Shown: positions 41,111-52,008, counted from the first letter of the stretch. The stretch is DNA of 64,000 nt from an uncultured delta proteobacterium (GCA_963752035.1 CAVVWZ010000065.1:7817-71816), one strand, 5' to 3'. Translations and numbers: made by a program. The notes: generated from the letters alone by a model not told the origin.

Positions 41111-42049
41111 ATGAAAAAGCTGCGTAAAAAAAAGATCAGTCTTGCGGTTGATATCGGTGGATTACGGATAAAAACTCCTGTGATTGCGGCCTCCGGCACC
41201 TTTGGGTACGGAGAGGAGTACAGGGGTTTTATGTCTTTCAAACACCTGGGGGGGATAATTACAAAAGGCATTTCCCTCAAACCACAGCAGGGCAATCCAC
41301 CTCCCCGTCTGGTGGAGACGGTAGGCGGCATGCTCAATGCTATCGGTCTGCAAAACATCGGGGTTAAAGCCCTGGTTGAAGAAAAAATTCCCCATCTCAA
41401 AAAGCGCGGCATACCCATCATTGTCAACATCTACGGCACTACCCTGAAAGACTATGGCGAGGTAGCGAAACGCCTGGACGGGGTGAGTGGTATCGCAGCC
41501 CTAGAGGTAAACATCTCCTGTCCCAACATTAAAAAGGGTGGTATTGCCTTCGGCACGGATCCCCGGGAAGTTTTTAAGGTGGTCAGTACCGTCAAAAAAT
41601 CATCATCCCTCCCCATCATGGTTAAGCTCTCTCCCAACGTAACCGATGTTACCACCATTGCCCGCAGTGCAGAGGAAGCAGGGGCAGACTCCCTTTCCCT
41701 CATTAATACCCTCATGGGTATGGCCGTTAACATAGCGACCCGGACACCCCTGTTGGGAAACATTACGGGGGGACTCTCGGGACCCGCTATTAAGCCCATT
41801 GCCCTTCGCATGGTGTGGGAAGTTTGCAACACCGTAAACATTCCCGTAGTAGGAATTGGAGGAATCTGCACCGCCGGAGATGCCCTGGAATTTTTTATTG
41901 CCGGTGCTTCGGCAGTCCAAATAGGAACAGCCCAGTTTGTCAACCCATCAGTTACGAGTGAAGTGGTCACCGGCCTGGAAAACTACCTCGAAGACCACTC
42001 TCTCTCTGCTATTACAGAAATAGTGGGAACCTTAGAAATACCTGAGTGA
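41111..42049 (+). CDS. pyrD: dihydroorotate dehydrogenase catalytic subunit (class 1B)
   Basis: 312 aa; NAIGLQN, EVNISCPN, TNT motifs. Confidence 0.9.
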   Translation: MKKLRKKKISLAVDIGGLRIKTPVIAASGTFGYGEEYRGFMSFKHLGGIITKGISLKPQQGNPPPRLVETVGGMLNAIGLQNIGVKALVEEKIPHLKKRGIPIIVNIYGTTLKDYGEVAKRLDGVSGIAALEVNISCPNIKKGGIAFGTDPREVFKVVSTVKKSSSLPIMVKLSPNVTDVTTIARSAEEAGADSLSLINTLMGMAVNIATRTPLLGNITGGLSGPAIKPIALRMVWEVCNTVNIPVVGIGGICTAGDALEFFIAGASAVQIGTAQFVNPSVTSEVVTGLENYLEDHSLSAITEIVGTLEIPE

Positions 42050-42056
42050 AAAGGCT

Positions 42057-43106
42057 ATGAAGAAAAAACGCTCTCGAGAACTCTTTTTGGGGAATGTTAA
42101 GATAGGCGGTGGCGCCCCCATTTCAGTCCAGTCTATGACTAAAACTGATACCCGCAATACTCCGCAAACGGTTAGACAAATCCGTCAGCTCGAAAAGGCG
42201 GGGTGTGAGATTGTAAGGTTGGCAGTACCCGACATGGAAGCCGCCAAAAATCTCGGTGCACTTACACGGGCAGTCTCCATTCCCCTGGTGGCAGACATCC
42301 ATTTCGATTACAAGCTTGCCCTGGAATCAATCCGACAGGGAATAGCCGGATTGAGAATAAATCCGGGCAACATTGGAAGCAGAGAAAAGGTAAAAGCAGT
42401 GGTCCGGGCAGCTCAGGATCACAAAATACCCATTCGTATTGGCGTAAACGTTGGTTCTCTCCAGAAGAGGGTCCTGAAAAAATACAAACACCCCTCTCCC
42501 GAAGCCATGGTGGAAAGTGCCCTTGAACACATTCGCATTTTAGAGTCAATGCAGTTTTATGACATAAAGGTATCCCTCAAATCGTCAGACCTTATGGATT
42601 CCGTCCGGGCCTATCGTTTGATGCACCGGGAAGTGGACTACCCTCTCCATCTCGGCATCACTGCAGCGGGACCACCCTTCTCCGGAACAATCAAATCCTC
42701 CATCGGTATTGGCATGCTCCTCGCGGAGGGGATCGGGGATACCATTCGGGTCTCCCTGACCGGAAGTCCCCTGGAAGAAGTGCGGGTTGCCTACGAAATC
42801 TTAAAGGCCCTTAAGCTCCGTTCACGGGGACCGGAAATCATCAGCTGTCCTACCTGCGGACGATGTGAAATGGACATTCCCAAAATGGTTGCCACTATAG
42901 AAAAGAAACTTTCTACCCTGCCCCGCGAGCTCAAGATCGCCGTGATGGGCTGCGCGGTGAACGGACCGGGGGAAGCCCGGGAAGCAGACCTGGGAGTGGC
43001 CGGGGGTAAAGGTGTCGGAGTTTTATTTAAGAAAGGAAAGATAATAAAAAAGCTGAAAGAAAAAGATGTAGTCAGTGCCCTGATTAAAGAGGCACAATCG
43101 ATGTGA
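42057..43106 (+). CDS. ispG: 4-hydroxy-3-methylbut-2-en-1-yl diphosphate synthase
   Basis: VQSMTKT, RINPGNIG, CPTCGRC motifs. Confidence 0.9.
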   Translation: MKKKRSRELFLGNVKIGGGAPISVQSMTKTDTRNTPQTVRQIRQLEKAGCEIVRLAVPDMEAAKNLGALTRAVSIPLVADIHFDYKLALESIRQGIAGLRINPGNIGSREKVKAVVRAAQDHKIPIRIGVNVGSLQKRVLKKYKHPSPEAMVESALEHIRILESMQFYDIKVSLKSSDLMDSVRAYRLMHREVDYPLHLGITAAGPPFSGTIKSSIGIGMLLAEGIGDTIRVSLTGSPLEEVRVAYEILKALKLRSRGPEIISCPTCGRCEMDIPKMVATIEKKLSTLPRELKIAVMGCAVNGPGEAREADLGVAGGKGVGVLFKKGKIIKKLKEKDVVSALIKEAQSM

Positions 43107-43131
43107 AACCATTGTGTAGAAAGGTACAATT

Positions 43132-44842
43132 ATGCGTTATTCTCAAATGCTCATACCCACACTGAAAGAAGTTCCGAGTGAAGCAGAAGTTATAAGCCAC
43201 CGTCTCATGTTAAGGGCTGGAATGATTCGCAAGCTGGCAGCTGGTATTTATTCCTATCTACCCCTGGCTCAGCGGGTGCTGAGGAAGACAGAACAGATCA
43301 TCAGAGAAGAAATGGACCGGGCGGGCGCCCAGGAGGTCACCCTCCCCTTTGTCCAGCCGGCAGAAATCTGGCACAAGAGCGGCCGGTGGGACGTTTATGG
43401 GAAAGAGCTCCTTCGCCTTAAAGACCGCCATAACAGGGACTTTTGCCTTGGACCGACTCATGAAGAAGTTATAACTGAGCTGGTAAAAAATGAAGTGACA
43501 TCCTACCGCCAGCTTCCCCTCAACCTCTATCAAATTCACATCAAGTTCCGGGATGAAATAAGGCCCCGCTTTGGCATCATGCGGGCACGGGAATTTGTTA
43601 TGAAAGATGCCTATAGCTTTGATGTTGACGAAGCAGGAGTAGAAAAGAGTTACCAGAAGATGTATCAGGCCTATTGTTCCATTTTCGAACGGTGTGGGCT
43701 CACCTTTAAACCGGTAGAAGCAGATTCGGGACCTATCGGAGGAAGCTTTTCTCACGAATTCATGGTACTGGCCGATACGGGTGAGGACTGTATCTTCTCC
43801 TGTACCGCCTGTGGTTATGCAGCAAGCAAAGACAAAGCAGAGATCGGGCAGAGAGACTCTGGACCCCCAAGCCAGCAAGCACCGGAAGAAATCAAGCGGG
43901 TAGAAACTCCCAATCAGCGAACCGTTGAGGAGGTAACCAGCTTTCTCAAGATAAAACCGGAGCACTTAATTAAAACCCTGATTTTCCAGGAAGGAGATAG
44001 TACCATCGCTGTCCTCATCAGGGGAGATCATGAAATCAATGAGATCAAACTGCAAAATTTCCTTAACGCAGATACAGCTCTGCCTGGCAGATGATGCAAC
44101 TATTGAAAAGGTTACCAGAGCACCGAAGGGATTTGCAGGTCCGATGGGATTAACCATAAAGATTCTCGCAGATAACTCTCTACAACCGGGGTCCGCTTTT
44201 ACAACCGGCGGCAATGAAAAAGATGTTCACCTTATGAACGTTGCTCTTGGCAGAGATTTTCAGGTGGGCAGCTTTGGGGACCTGCGTTGTGCTGAAGACG
44301 GAGACCCCTGCCCCCGCTGTAAGCAGGGACAGTTAGCCATGAGCAGGGGAATCGAAGTCGGTCACATCTTTAAATTGGGCACCAAATATAGCAAAACCCT
44401 CGGGGCAACATTTTTAGATGCACAGGGCAAGGCACAGGACATAATCATGGGATGCTACGGCATTGGTGTAGGAAGAACGGTAGCTGCGGCCATTGAACAA
44501 AATAACGATGAGTACGGCATCATCTTTCCTAAAAGCATAGCACCCTTTCAGGTAATCATCTCCTCAGTAAAACCAAAAGAACCCAACATTCAGAAAGCTT
44601 CAGAGAAACTCTACACAGACCTGTTACAGGCGGGGATTGATGTACTCCTGGATGACCGTGATGAACGGCCTGGAATAAAATTTAAAGATGCTGATCTCAT
44701 TGGCATCCCACTCAGAGTGACAATCGGGAAAAAAATCACAGATGGTCTGGTTGATATAAAGCAGCGGCATTCAAAGGATGGCATAACCGTCAAAGAAACA
44801 GACGTTATAGCTAAAATCAAGGAACTCATAAACAGTGATTAG
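43132..44842 (+). CDS. proS: proline--tRNA ligase, interrupted by frameshift near 44070-44085
   Basis: ORF 43132-44094 (class II motifs, editing-less short form) and ORF 44030-44842 (anticodon-binding/C-terminal) overlap in different frames. Confidence 0.85.
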
Positions 44843-46982
44843 ACTGAAGGACATTACCGATAAAGTCCTCTCTTATCATCCCCATCCTCACATTGACCTG
44901 ATTGAGAAGGCCTATGTCTTCTCTGCCCAGGTCCACCAGGGTCAACTGAGACGATCTGGAGAGCCCTACCTTATCCATCCGTTGGAAGTAGCCTACCTCC
45001 TTGCAGATATTAAACTGGATGACGTAAGCGTTGCAACCGGTCTTCTACACGATACGGTAGAGGATACCTATACTACTATCGAGACCATTGAAAATCTGTT
45101 TGGCGCTGAGATTGCTTCACTGGTAGACGGATTGACAAAACTCAGCAAAATAGCCTTTCATGCCTCAGAAGAAAAGCAGGCTGAGAACTTCAGAAAGATG
45201 ATCTTAGCCATGGCCAAGGACATTCGGGTCATCCTCATTAAGCTGGCGGACCGCTTGCACAATATGAGAACACTACGTTTTCTTCCCCCGGAAAAAACCA
45301 TTGAACTCGCTCAGGAAACTCTGGACATCTACGCCCCTCTGGCAAACCGTCTCGGCGTCTTCTGGATGAAAGGCGAACTCGAGGACCTCTCTCTGCTTTA
45401 CCTGCGCCCTGAAGTTTACTACAACCTTGAGAAAAAGGTTGAGAGCAGAAAAAAAGAAACAGCACACTATGTTAATGAAGTCATTGAGATTATTAAAAAC
45501 AGGTTAGAGGAGTTTAAACTCACCGCAGAGATATACGGACGGTCCAAGCACCTGTATAGTATTTATAAAAAGATGGAGATTCAGCACCTGGACTTCGATC
45601 AAATTTACGACCTGGTAGGATTTCGGGTTGTTGTTGGAGATATCAAGGATTGTTATGAAGCCCTCGGTATTATTCACCTCCTCTGGAAACCGGTTCCGGG
45701 ACGGTTTAAAGACTATATTGCCATGCCGAAAGCAAATATGTACCGATCTCTCCACACAACGGTAATCGGACCCGCTGGGAAGAGAATTGAAGTTCAGATC
45801 CGGACTAATGAAATGCATCACATTGCAGAACAGGGTATCGCTGCCCACTGGAAGTACAAGGAGGGAAAGAATATCCCGGAGAAAGACGATGATCAATTTG
45901 CCTGGTTGCGGCAACTAGTAGAATGGCAGCAGGATTTAAAAGATCCGAGAGAATTTCTCGACATAGTGAAGGTGGATCTCTTCCCGGAAGAAGTGTACGT
46001 CTTTACGCCCAAGGGCGCAGTAAAACAGTTTCCCCAGGGAGCTACGCCTGTTGATTTTGCCTATAGTGTCCACACAGACGTGGGGCATCGCTGTGTGGGG
46101 GCCCGGGTTAATGGACGGATCGTGAGTCTGAAATATCAACTGAACAATGGGGATACAGTAGAGATTATTACCTCAGCACAGCATAAACCCAGTAAAGACT
46201 GGCTCCGCTTCGTTAAAACCGCGCGGGCACGTACCAAGATCAATCATTTGATCAGTATGGAAGAACGCTCACGCAGTTCTGAGCTGGGGAGAGAAATCTG
46301 CGAAAAAGAGTTCAGGAAGCACGGAATCAATTTTGCCAAGATCCTGAAGAAGGAGCTTACAGGAAAACATCTGGCAGAGTTGAATGTCAAAAGTGAGGAA
46401 GAACTCTTTGCCGCAATAGGCTACGGAAGAATCTCCGCCAAGCAGCTTGTCAATAAATTCATTTCACCCGAAAAACAGAAGAAGAGTGAGACAAGAGGCT
46501 CTAAGATAAAGAAGGCTGCAGATCGTCTCAAGGGTACCAGCACAACCGGTGTTATCGTAAAAGAAATTGACAATATCATGGTAAAATTTGGCAAGTGCTG
46601 CAAGCCCCTTCCCGGAGAAAAGATTAAAGGGTACATTACCCGGGGACGGGGTGTAACGGTACACACCTATAATTGTCTCTACATTCAGGGGTGCGATCAG
46701 GAACGACTCATTGACGTCAGGTGGGATGACAGGAAGACATTTAATTATCCGGTTAAAATAGAGGTTACCTCTGAGGACAAAAAAGGTCTTTTGGCAGACA
46801 TCAGCGCTTCCATCTCTTCTGCAGAAGCAAACATCTCCAATGCCTCCGCCCGCACCCTTGATAGTAGGAGAGCGGTAAGCACCTTTGATTTAGAGGTAAG
46901 TGATTTCAAGCACTTGAGCAGGGTAATCCGGTCAATTGAGAAGGTTAAAGGGGTCTTTAAGGTAAGTCGTTTAAATCCCTAA
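44835..46982 (+). CDS. bifunctional (p)ppGpp synthetase/hydrolase RelA/SpoT
   Basis: 715 aa; HD domain (HPLEVA...HDTVED), RelA_SpoT synthetase, TGS and ACT domains. Confidence 0.9.
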   Translation: MIRLKDITDKVLSYHPHPHIDLIEKAYVFSAQVHQGQLRRSGEPYLIHPLEVAYLLADIKLDDVSVATGLLHDTVEDTYTTIETIENLFGAEIASLVDGLTKLSKIAFHASEEKQAENFRKMILAMAKDIRVILIKLADRLHNMRTLRFLPPEKTIELAQETLDIYAPLANRLGVFWMKGELEDLSLLYLRPEVYYNLEKKVESRKKETAHYVNEVIEIIKNRLEEFKLTAEIYGRSKHLYSIYKKMEIQHLDFDQIYDLVGFRVVVGDIKDCYEALGIIHLLWKPVPGRFKDYIAMPKANMYRSLHTTVIGPAGKRIEVQIRTNEMHHIAEQGIAAHWKYKEGKNIPEKDDDQFAWLRQLVEWQQDLKDPREFLDIVKVDLFPEEVYVFTPKGAVKQFPQGATPVDFAYSVHTDVGHRCVGARVNGRIVSLKYQLNNGDTVEIITSAQHKPSKDWLRFVKTARARTKINHLISMEERSRSSELGREICEKEFRKHGINFAKILKKELTGKHLAELNVKSEEELFAAIGYGRISAKQLVNKFISPEKQKKSETRGSKIKKAADRLKGTSTTGVIVKEIDNIMVKFGKCCKPLPGEKIKGYITRGRGVTVHTYNCLYIQGCDQERLIDVRWDDRKTFNYPVKIEVTSEDKKGLLADISASISSAEANISNASARTLDSRRAVSTFDLEVSDFKHLSRVIRSIEKVKGVFKVSRLNP

Positions 46983-47215
46983 GACGTTATTTCTTCACCT
47001 TTTATTTCTGGACGTACCCTGATTTTAGGTGGTTTAACAATTAAACCGGTACGGATACATCGTGTACACACATTGAGCCTCTTTACGCCACCATCCTTAT
47101 ATACCCTGACTTTTTGGATATTGGGATGCCATACTTTCTTTGTCTTGTTATTGGCATGGCTTACATTGTTGCCGACCTGCCTACCTTTACCACACAGTTC
47201 ACATACTTTAGACAT
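46979..47215 (-). CDS. rpmB: 50S ribosomal protein L28
   Basis: [27 protein letters not shown] matches L28 N-terminus; start taken at M3 of ORF. Confidence 0.7.
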   Translation of the reverse strand: MSKVCELCGKGRQVGNNVSHANNKTKKVWHPNIQKVRVYKDGGVKRLNVCTRCIRTGLIVKPPKIRVRPEIKGEEITS

Positions 47216-47403
47216 TTTCATTCCTCACTTTCTCTAGAGTAGTGGGGGAAATACCACATTTTGTGCATTTTAGCAAGCCTTTTTCGCATGCAAATTCAGG
47301 ACACCCGGACTCATTCGCCTTTAGCGAGATAACCATAAGATATATCTAAAGTTTTTAGATACGTTGTCCGATAGCAGTACCACCAGGATGGGAGAATAAA
47401 ACA

Positions 47404-47562
47404 ATGCGCACCATACAGTTACTCATACTTTTCTGCCTCAGCTGTACTCTTTATGCAGTCTGCGAGTTTAAAGGGGTGAGGGGCTACTATCATAGCCTCC
47501 CCAGTTTAGTTTTTGCCTTTTTACTCGTACGCTACAAGCTTAAATTAGCACTGTATTTCTAA
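47404..47562 (+). CDS. small hydrophobic/Cys-containing ORF (52 aa), speculative
   Basis: GGGAGA 8 nt before ATG; below the 60-aa ORF-track cutoff. Confidence 0.2.
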   Translation: MRTIQLLILFCLSCTLYAVCEFKGVRGYYHSLPSLVFAFLLVRYKLKLALYF

Positions 47563-47874
47563 ATTCCCTTTCCGCAATACCCTATCTTCAAAGCCAAACC
47601 ACGAAGAATACAAATGCCTAAAATGAGCTAAATTGCCTAAATTAAAAAATTAAACCAGAAGACACAAAGTAAGAACTAAGACCAGACCTGCGTACAGGCA
47701 CACGGGTAAATTGGATAACAGGTCGAACCTGATGTGCCTTTGTGCCCCTCACCCTACCCCACTCCCCAAAGGGAAGAGAGGGTATATCCAGCATCAAGTA
47801 TCTAGAAACCAGTGTCTCTTCTTTTCAATCGCACATCCCACATCCCAGATCTCACATCCATTTTATAAATCCAC

Positions 47875-47903
47875 TTGACAAATATCCGTTGAAATGTTAA
47901 AAA
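47875..47903 (+). promoter_or_regulatory. sigma-70-like promoter candidate (TTGACA-17-TAAAAA) for Fe-S oxidoreductase gene
   Basis: TTGACA 47875-47880; preceded by CACATCC x3 heptamer array. Confidence 0.3.
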
Positions 47904-48041
47904 TTTCAAGCTTCTGTGCTCTTCATTAAGGAAAGCAGATGAATTTTACAGGGGGCACCCAAAACCGTCTAAGAAAGAAAACGGTATCATAAACTGATGT
48001 GCATCCCTCTCTATACTATTTACGTTCACGGAGGATAACCT

Positions 48042-49340
48042 ATGGCGTTAGAAAAAATCGAATATGATGCGAGTCATTGTCAAAGATGTTCAACCTGTAA
48101 GTGGATTCACCTCTGGGAGATCAAAAGTCATCGTTTTGCCAGGAGTTGCCCGTCTCTGGTGTATGGCAAGTTTGACTGTTACGCTGCCCAGGGGAAAAAT
48201 GATATTGCAACCGGTTTGTTGAAAGGTGAATTGACGTGGGAGCAGTCAACTGACAAGCTGCTTGAAATCATCTATCGTTGCCCGATGTGTGCAGCATGCG
48301 ACATTAACTGTAAACGGGTAATGGATCTGGATATTATTGGTGTCCTGGAAGCCCTGAGAGAAGAAGCATGCGAAAAAGGGTACGGTCCTCTCCCTGCCCA
48401 TAAGGAGTTCATTACCAGTATCCAGCAATATGACAACGTATGGAAACAACCCCGTACCCGAAGGGCTAACTGGGCTCGAAAGCTTGATATTAAAGATTTA
48501 AGTAAGCCGAAGGAAAAGGCCGATGTGCTCTATTTCGTCGGGTGTACCTACGCGTATAAGCCCGGCATGGACATTGTTCCTAAAACAAATGCCGAGCTCC
48601 TGAAAAAAGCGGGTATCGACTTCGGCATACTGGGAGCTAAAGAGCTGTGCTGCGGAGGAATCTGTGACAATGTAGGGGACAAAAAGAATTTTGCTGAGGT
48701 TGCAGAAAAGAATCTAAAAATGTTCAAAGAAACCGGCGTTAAAACCATCGTTACCAACTGCCCGGGATGTTTCATGACCTTCGGTGAAAAGTATGCACAC
48801 TATCTTAAAAAGGATACTGCCGATTTAGACTATGAGGTAATACACTCAACCGTCTACATGAATGACCTCATCAAGAAAGGCAAACTAGAGCTGAAAAATA
48901 ATGTGGATATGACCGTAACCTACCATGATCCCTGCCACCTCGGGCGTAGAGGTGAACCTTACAAACACTGGGAAGGCAAGAGAGTTGACTGGGGTCTGAC
49001 CGAGCCGCCGAGAGAGCTCAATCGTGGTGTTAATGGATACTATGAAGCACCGAGAGAAATCCTGCAAGCTATCCCCGGATTGAAACTCGTAGAAATGGAG
49101 CGCATTAAGGAATACTCATGGTGTTGTGGTTCAGGAGCAGGAGCAAAGTCTGCCTTTCCCGATTTCGCCCTCTCCACCGGTCAGGAAAGAATTGAGGAAG
49201 CAAAGTCAACCGGGGCAAGCGCCCTTGTGTCTGCCTGTCCCTGGTGCGAAGCCCATTTAAGGGATTCCATAGATGCCATGGGTGAATCCATGAAAGTCTA
49301 TAGTTTACTTGAACTGGTTAAACAATCAATGGGAGAGTAA
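48042..49340 (+). CDS. Fe-S oxidoreductase with two CCG domains (HdrD/GlpC-like)
   Basis: N-terminal Cys cluster CxxCxxC...CP and two CCG-type Cys-rich repeats (CCGG...C, WCCGSG). Confidence 0.7.
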   Translation: MALEKIEYDASHCQRCSTCKWIHLWEIKSHRFARSCPSLVYGKFDCYAAQGKNDIATGLLKGELTWEQSTDKLLEIIYRCPMCAACDINCKRVMDLDIIGVLEALREEACEKGYGPLPAHKEFITSIQQYDNVWKQPRTRRANWARKLDIKDLSKPKEKADVLYFVGCTYAYKPGMDIVPKTNAELLKKAGIDFGILGAKELCCGGICDNVGDKKNFAEVAEKNLKMFKETGVKTIVTNCPGCFMTFGEKYAHYLKKDTADLDYEVIHSTVYMNDLIKKGKLELKNNVDMTVTYHDPCHLGRRGEPYKHWEGKRVDWGLTEPPRELNRGVNGYYEAPREILQAIPGLKLVEMERIKEYSWCCGSGAGAKSAFPDFALSTGQERIEEAKSTGASALVSACPWCEAHLRDSIDAMGESMKVYSLLELVKQSMGE

Positions 49341-49478
49341 AGAACACCGTTTGCGTGTTTGACAACTCCTGATGGTGAAGAAATCGAAGTGGAGAGCTCA
49401 GATATGATAATTTCTATCTGAGTTTTTCACTTCTGCTCTGAAGGACCAGAGAAAACCTCTTAACCGTGCTTTTTTCTT

Positions 49479-50507
49479 ATGACTAAACTGCTCTCACCAT
49501 TAAGTTGTGTTGATGAAGTAGAGGATCTTATTACAGCTGGAGCAGATGAATTCTACTGCGGCATCCTCCCGGAAGACTGGAAAGGAAAGTATACCGTATC
49601 TGCATCCATAAACAGGAGACAGGAAGACAATTCCATTCTCGGTACCAGCCCTCACTTCAATCGTTTTGAAGACCTCAAAGAAAGTATTGTTCTTGCACAC
49701 TCCCACAATACTCCCGTTATGCTCACCTTGAATGAGCACTACTATTCACAAGATCAGTATGATTATTTGCTGTGGTACATCGATGAAGCCTTAAAAGCTG
49801 AAGTGGATGCTCTGATTGTCGGCGACGTTGGTTTGATGGTAATGCTCAAAGAAAGGAATATCTCTATCCCTCTTCACATCAGCACGGCCGGCACAACCTT
49901 CAATTCAGAGACGGTTCGATTCTACCAGGAACTGGGGGCTTCCCGGATTATCCTTCCGCGACATTTAACCATCGAAGAAATCGAGTCTCTTGCAAGTGAT
50001 GTTTCAGGCATAGAGCTTGAAGCCTTTATTCTCAACTCCCGTTGTGCCAATGTAGACGGTTTCTGCACCTTTCAACACGGATTAGCAGATCTCTTTCCTG
50101 ATGAGGAAACTAAAAAGAGTTATTTCAATGCATGTATGCTTCCCTATAACGTTGCTGTTTATGGAGATGGAGAAACAGTAATAGATAAGGACAAAAAAGA
50201 ACAAATCCCCTGGGAACGCCAATTAATCTGGTCTGGGCTGCACATTGACGATCGCCCCTGTGGTGCCTGTGCACTTTATGAGTTCAAACAGATTGGACTT
50301 TACGGAGTGAAAATTGTCGGAAGGCAAAACACAAAGAAAAAGAAGATTAAAGACCTTACCTTTCTCCGGACATTACTCAACTTTCTTGCAGAAGAACAGC
50401 CCGGCAAAGAAGCATTCAGGAAGTTTTCCCGCAACCTCTACCAGCAAACATATCAGTGGCCCTGCCTTGTGTTCAAGTGCTACTATCCCTCCGTACTCTT
50501 GAAGTAA
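49479..50507 (+). CDS. peptidase U32 family protein (UbiU/UbiV/TrhP-like)
   Basis: 342 aa; U32 core with conserved Cys set (CANVDGFCTF...C...C). Confidence 0.7.
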   Translation: MTKLLSPLSCVDEVEDLITAGADEFYCGILPEDWKGKYTVSASINRRQEDNSILGTSPHFNRFEDLKESIVLAHSHNTPVMLTLNEHYYSQDQYDYLLWYIDEALKAEVDALIVGDVGLMVMLKERNISIPLHISTAGTTFNSETVRFYQELGASRIILPRHLTIEEIESLASDVSGIELEAFILNSRCANVDGFCTFQHGLADLFPDEETKKSYFNACMLPYNVAVYGDGETVIDKDKKEQIPWERQLIWSGLHIDDRPCGACALYEFKQIGLYGVKIVGRQNTKKKKIKDLTFLRTLLNFLAEEQPGKEAFRKFSRNLYQQTYQWPCLVFKCYYPSVLLK

Positions 50508-50623
50508 ACAGGAAGAACAGAGCAGAACGTAACCCCTAACAAACAAGACCTCATGATCTTAAGCGGTGCTCAAAAGAGCCGCGCAACCATGAGGTCTTGT
50601 TGAAAACGACAATCTGTTTCTGT

Positions 50624-50815
50624 TTATCTTTTCCTTTTCTTTGCTGCTTTCTTCTTTGCTGTTTTCTTCTTTGCTACCTTCTTCTTTGCTACCTTCTTCT
50701 TTGCTACCTTCTTCTTTGCTACCTTCTTCTTTGCTACCTTCTTCTTTGCTACCTTCTTCTTTGCTACTTTCTTCTTTGCTACTTTCTTCTTTGCTGCTTT
50801 CTTCTTTACTGCCAT
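50624..50815 (-). CDS. lysine/alanine-rich histone-H1-like small basic protein (AKKKV hexapeptide repeats)
   Basis: AAGGAGGG 5 nt upstream of ATG (minus strand); 63 aa MAVKKKAAKKKVAKKKVAKKK...; alternative same-strand frame (KEESSKEE) lacks an SD. Confidence 0.5.
   Translation of the reverse strand: MAVKKKAAKKKVAKKKVAKKKVAKKKVAKKKVAKKKVAKKKVAKKKVAKKKTAKKKAAKKRKR
50641..50810. repeat. 18-bp tandem repeat (GCTACCTTCTTCTTTGCT-type), about 9 copies
   Basis: Direct reading; underlies the KKKVAK repeat protein. Confidence 0.85.
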
Positions 50816-51313
50816 TAGTCCCTCCTTGCATTAGGTTAGTACAAGCTGTTTAATCTCTCTCAAGATTAAACATGAAAAAAACAAACAGACAATCTTTTTT
50901 TCGTGCAACTATTTTAAAACTTTAGTAATAATGTAACATTAAAAAAATTTTAGTCAAGAAAAAAAACAGTTTTGCCTGCAATAAAAACAATGCAATCAGC
51001 TCAACACCTGCACGTTAAAAATTAAACATCGCGCGATGCCTCTCCAATAGAGGGATAACAAGCGATAGACATTCTGTTACTTGTGCAAGCAACTACTTAT
51101 AAAATTTCAATCAACACCCTTCACTTTGTGTTACAAAAAATCTTTTTTTAATTCTTTTGTAAAAAAAACAAAACCATAATCACAAATGCAGCAAGGCAAT
51201 AGTAAAACAAAAAAATATTAGACAATGAAATACTCTTGTACTATACCTGTGTTGTGATTGTCACACAGAACCCTATCATACTCCTTTGCAGAAAAACTTA
51301 AACAACAATTCAT

Positions 51314-51778
51314 ATGATTGATGCAAGCTGGGAAGGAAAAGTACAATTTTATGAACTGGCATTCGGGACGTGGATTGCCTACCTCTTTTTAGTGTTTATG
51401 TGGGAAAGGCTCTTCAGGACACATCAGGATGGCTGGCGATACACGCTTATCACTCTTATTGGAGGAAGTTTTTATATCATAAACCACTATTTTCAGCTTG
51501 CCCCGTTCTACAGCCTGCTGATCAACAGCTACACCATTGTTTTCACAGTGGTCTACTATGTAATCCTGGTTAAACCATTAGATTGTTCCGTTATTAAAAA
51601 AGTTCTCTTTTTACTCTCATCCGTTCTTTTCACTATCGTTTACATAGCAGCAGAAAGTCTGGCACGGTTTCTAAAGGAAGGAAGGCTTGTGTCCGGAGTT
51701 TACATTCCGGAGTTTCTACTGTTACTCATCTCATTTATCGCATGTATTTTCATTATCCTCTCTCAGAGAAAAAAATAA
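51314..51778 (+). CDS. hypothetical 4-TM membrane protein
   Basis: 154 aa, four hydrophobic segments. Confidence 0.45.
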   Translation: MIDASWEGKVQFYELAFGTWIAYLFLVFMWERLFRTHQDGWRYTLITLIGGSFYIINHYFQLAPFYSLLINSYTIVFTVVYYVILVKPLDCSVIKKVLFLLSSVLFTIVYIAAESLARFLKEGRLVSGVYIPEFLLLLISFIACIFIILSQRKK

Positions 51779-51946
51779 TGCGCCACAATTACGAACAGGA
51801 GTCAGAAGTAAGAATATAATTACAACAAACTTCTGTAAAGAAGAATATTGAAATCCCACATCACAAATAAACTGTCAAATTTCAAATGGCTAAACTGCCC
51901 CTCTATTCCTCAAAGGAGAGTAGGTGGGCAATGCTGGTTTATCTTT

Positions 51947-52000
51947 TTCGTTCGACGTTCAATCTTTGCTTCTTACTTCTGACTCCTGTCTTCTGACTTC
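51947..52000 (+). repeat. heptamer-array element (TTCGACG TTCAATC ... TTCTTAC TTCTGAC TCCTGTC TTCTGAC)
   Basis: Direct reading; between convergent genes. Confidence 0.6.
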
Positions 52001-52008
52001 TTTATTTT

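Noticed and set aside
50641-50810. Possible CRISPR array (regular 18-bp period)
   Set aside because: Units are contiguous with no unique spacers; it is a coding tandem repeat.
50559-50831. Alternative frame of the 18-bp repeat giving an acidic KEESSKEE-repeat protein
   Set aside because: No Shine-Dalgarno before its ATG, whereas the K/A-rich frame has AAGGAGGG at optimal spacing; kept as a caveat only.
50860-51310. Replication origin in the AT-rich block
   Set aside because: No dnaA nearby and no cluster of TTATCCACA-like boxes, only one weak partial match.
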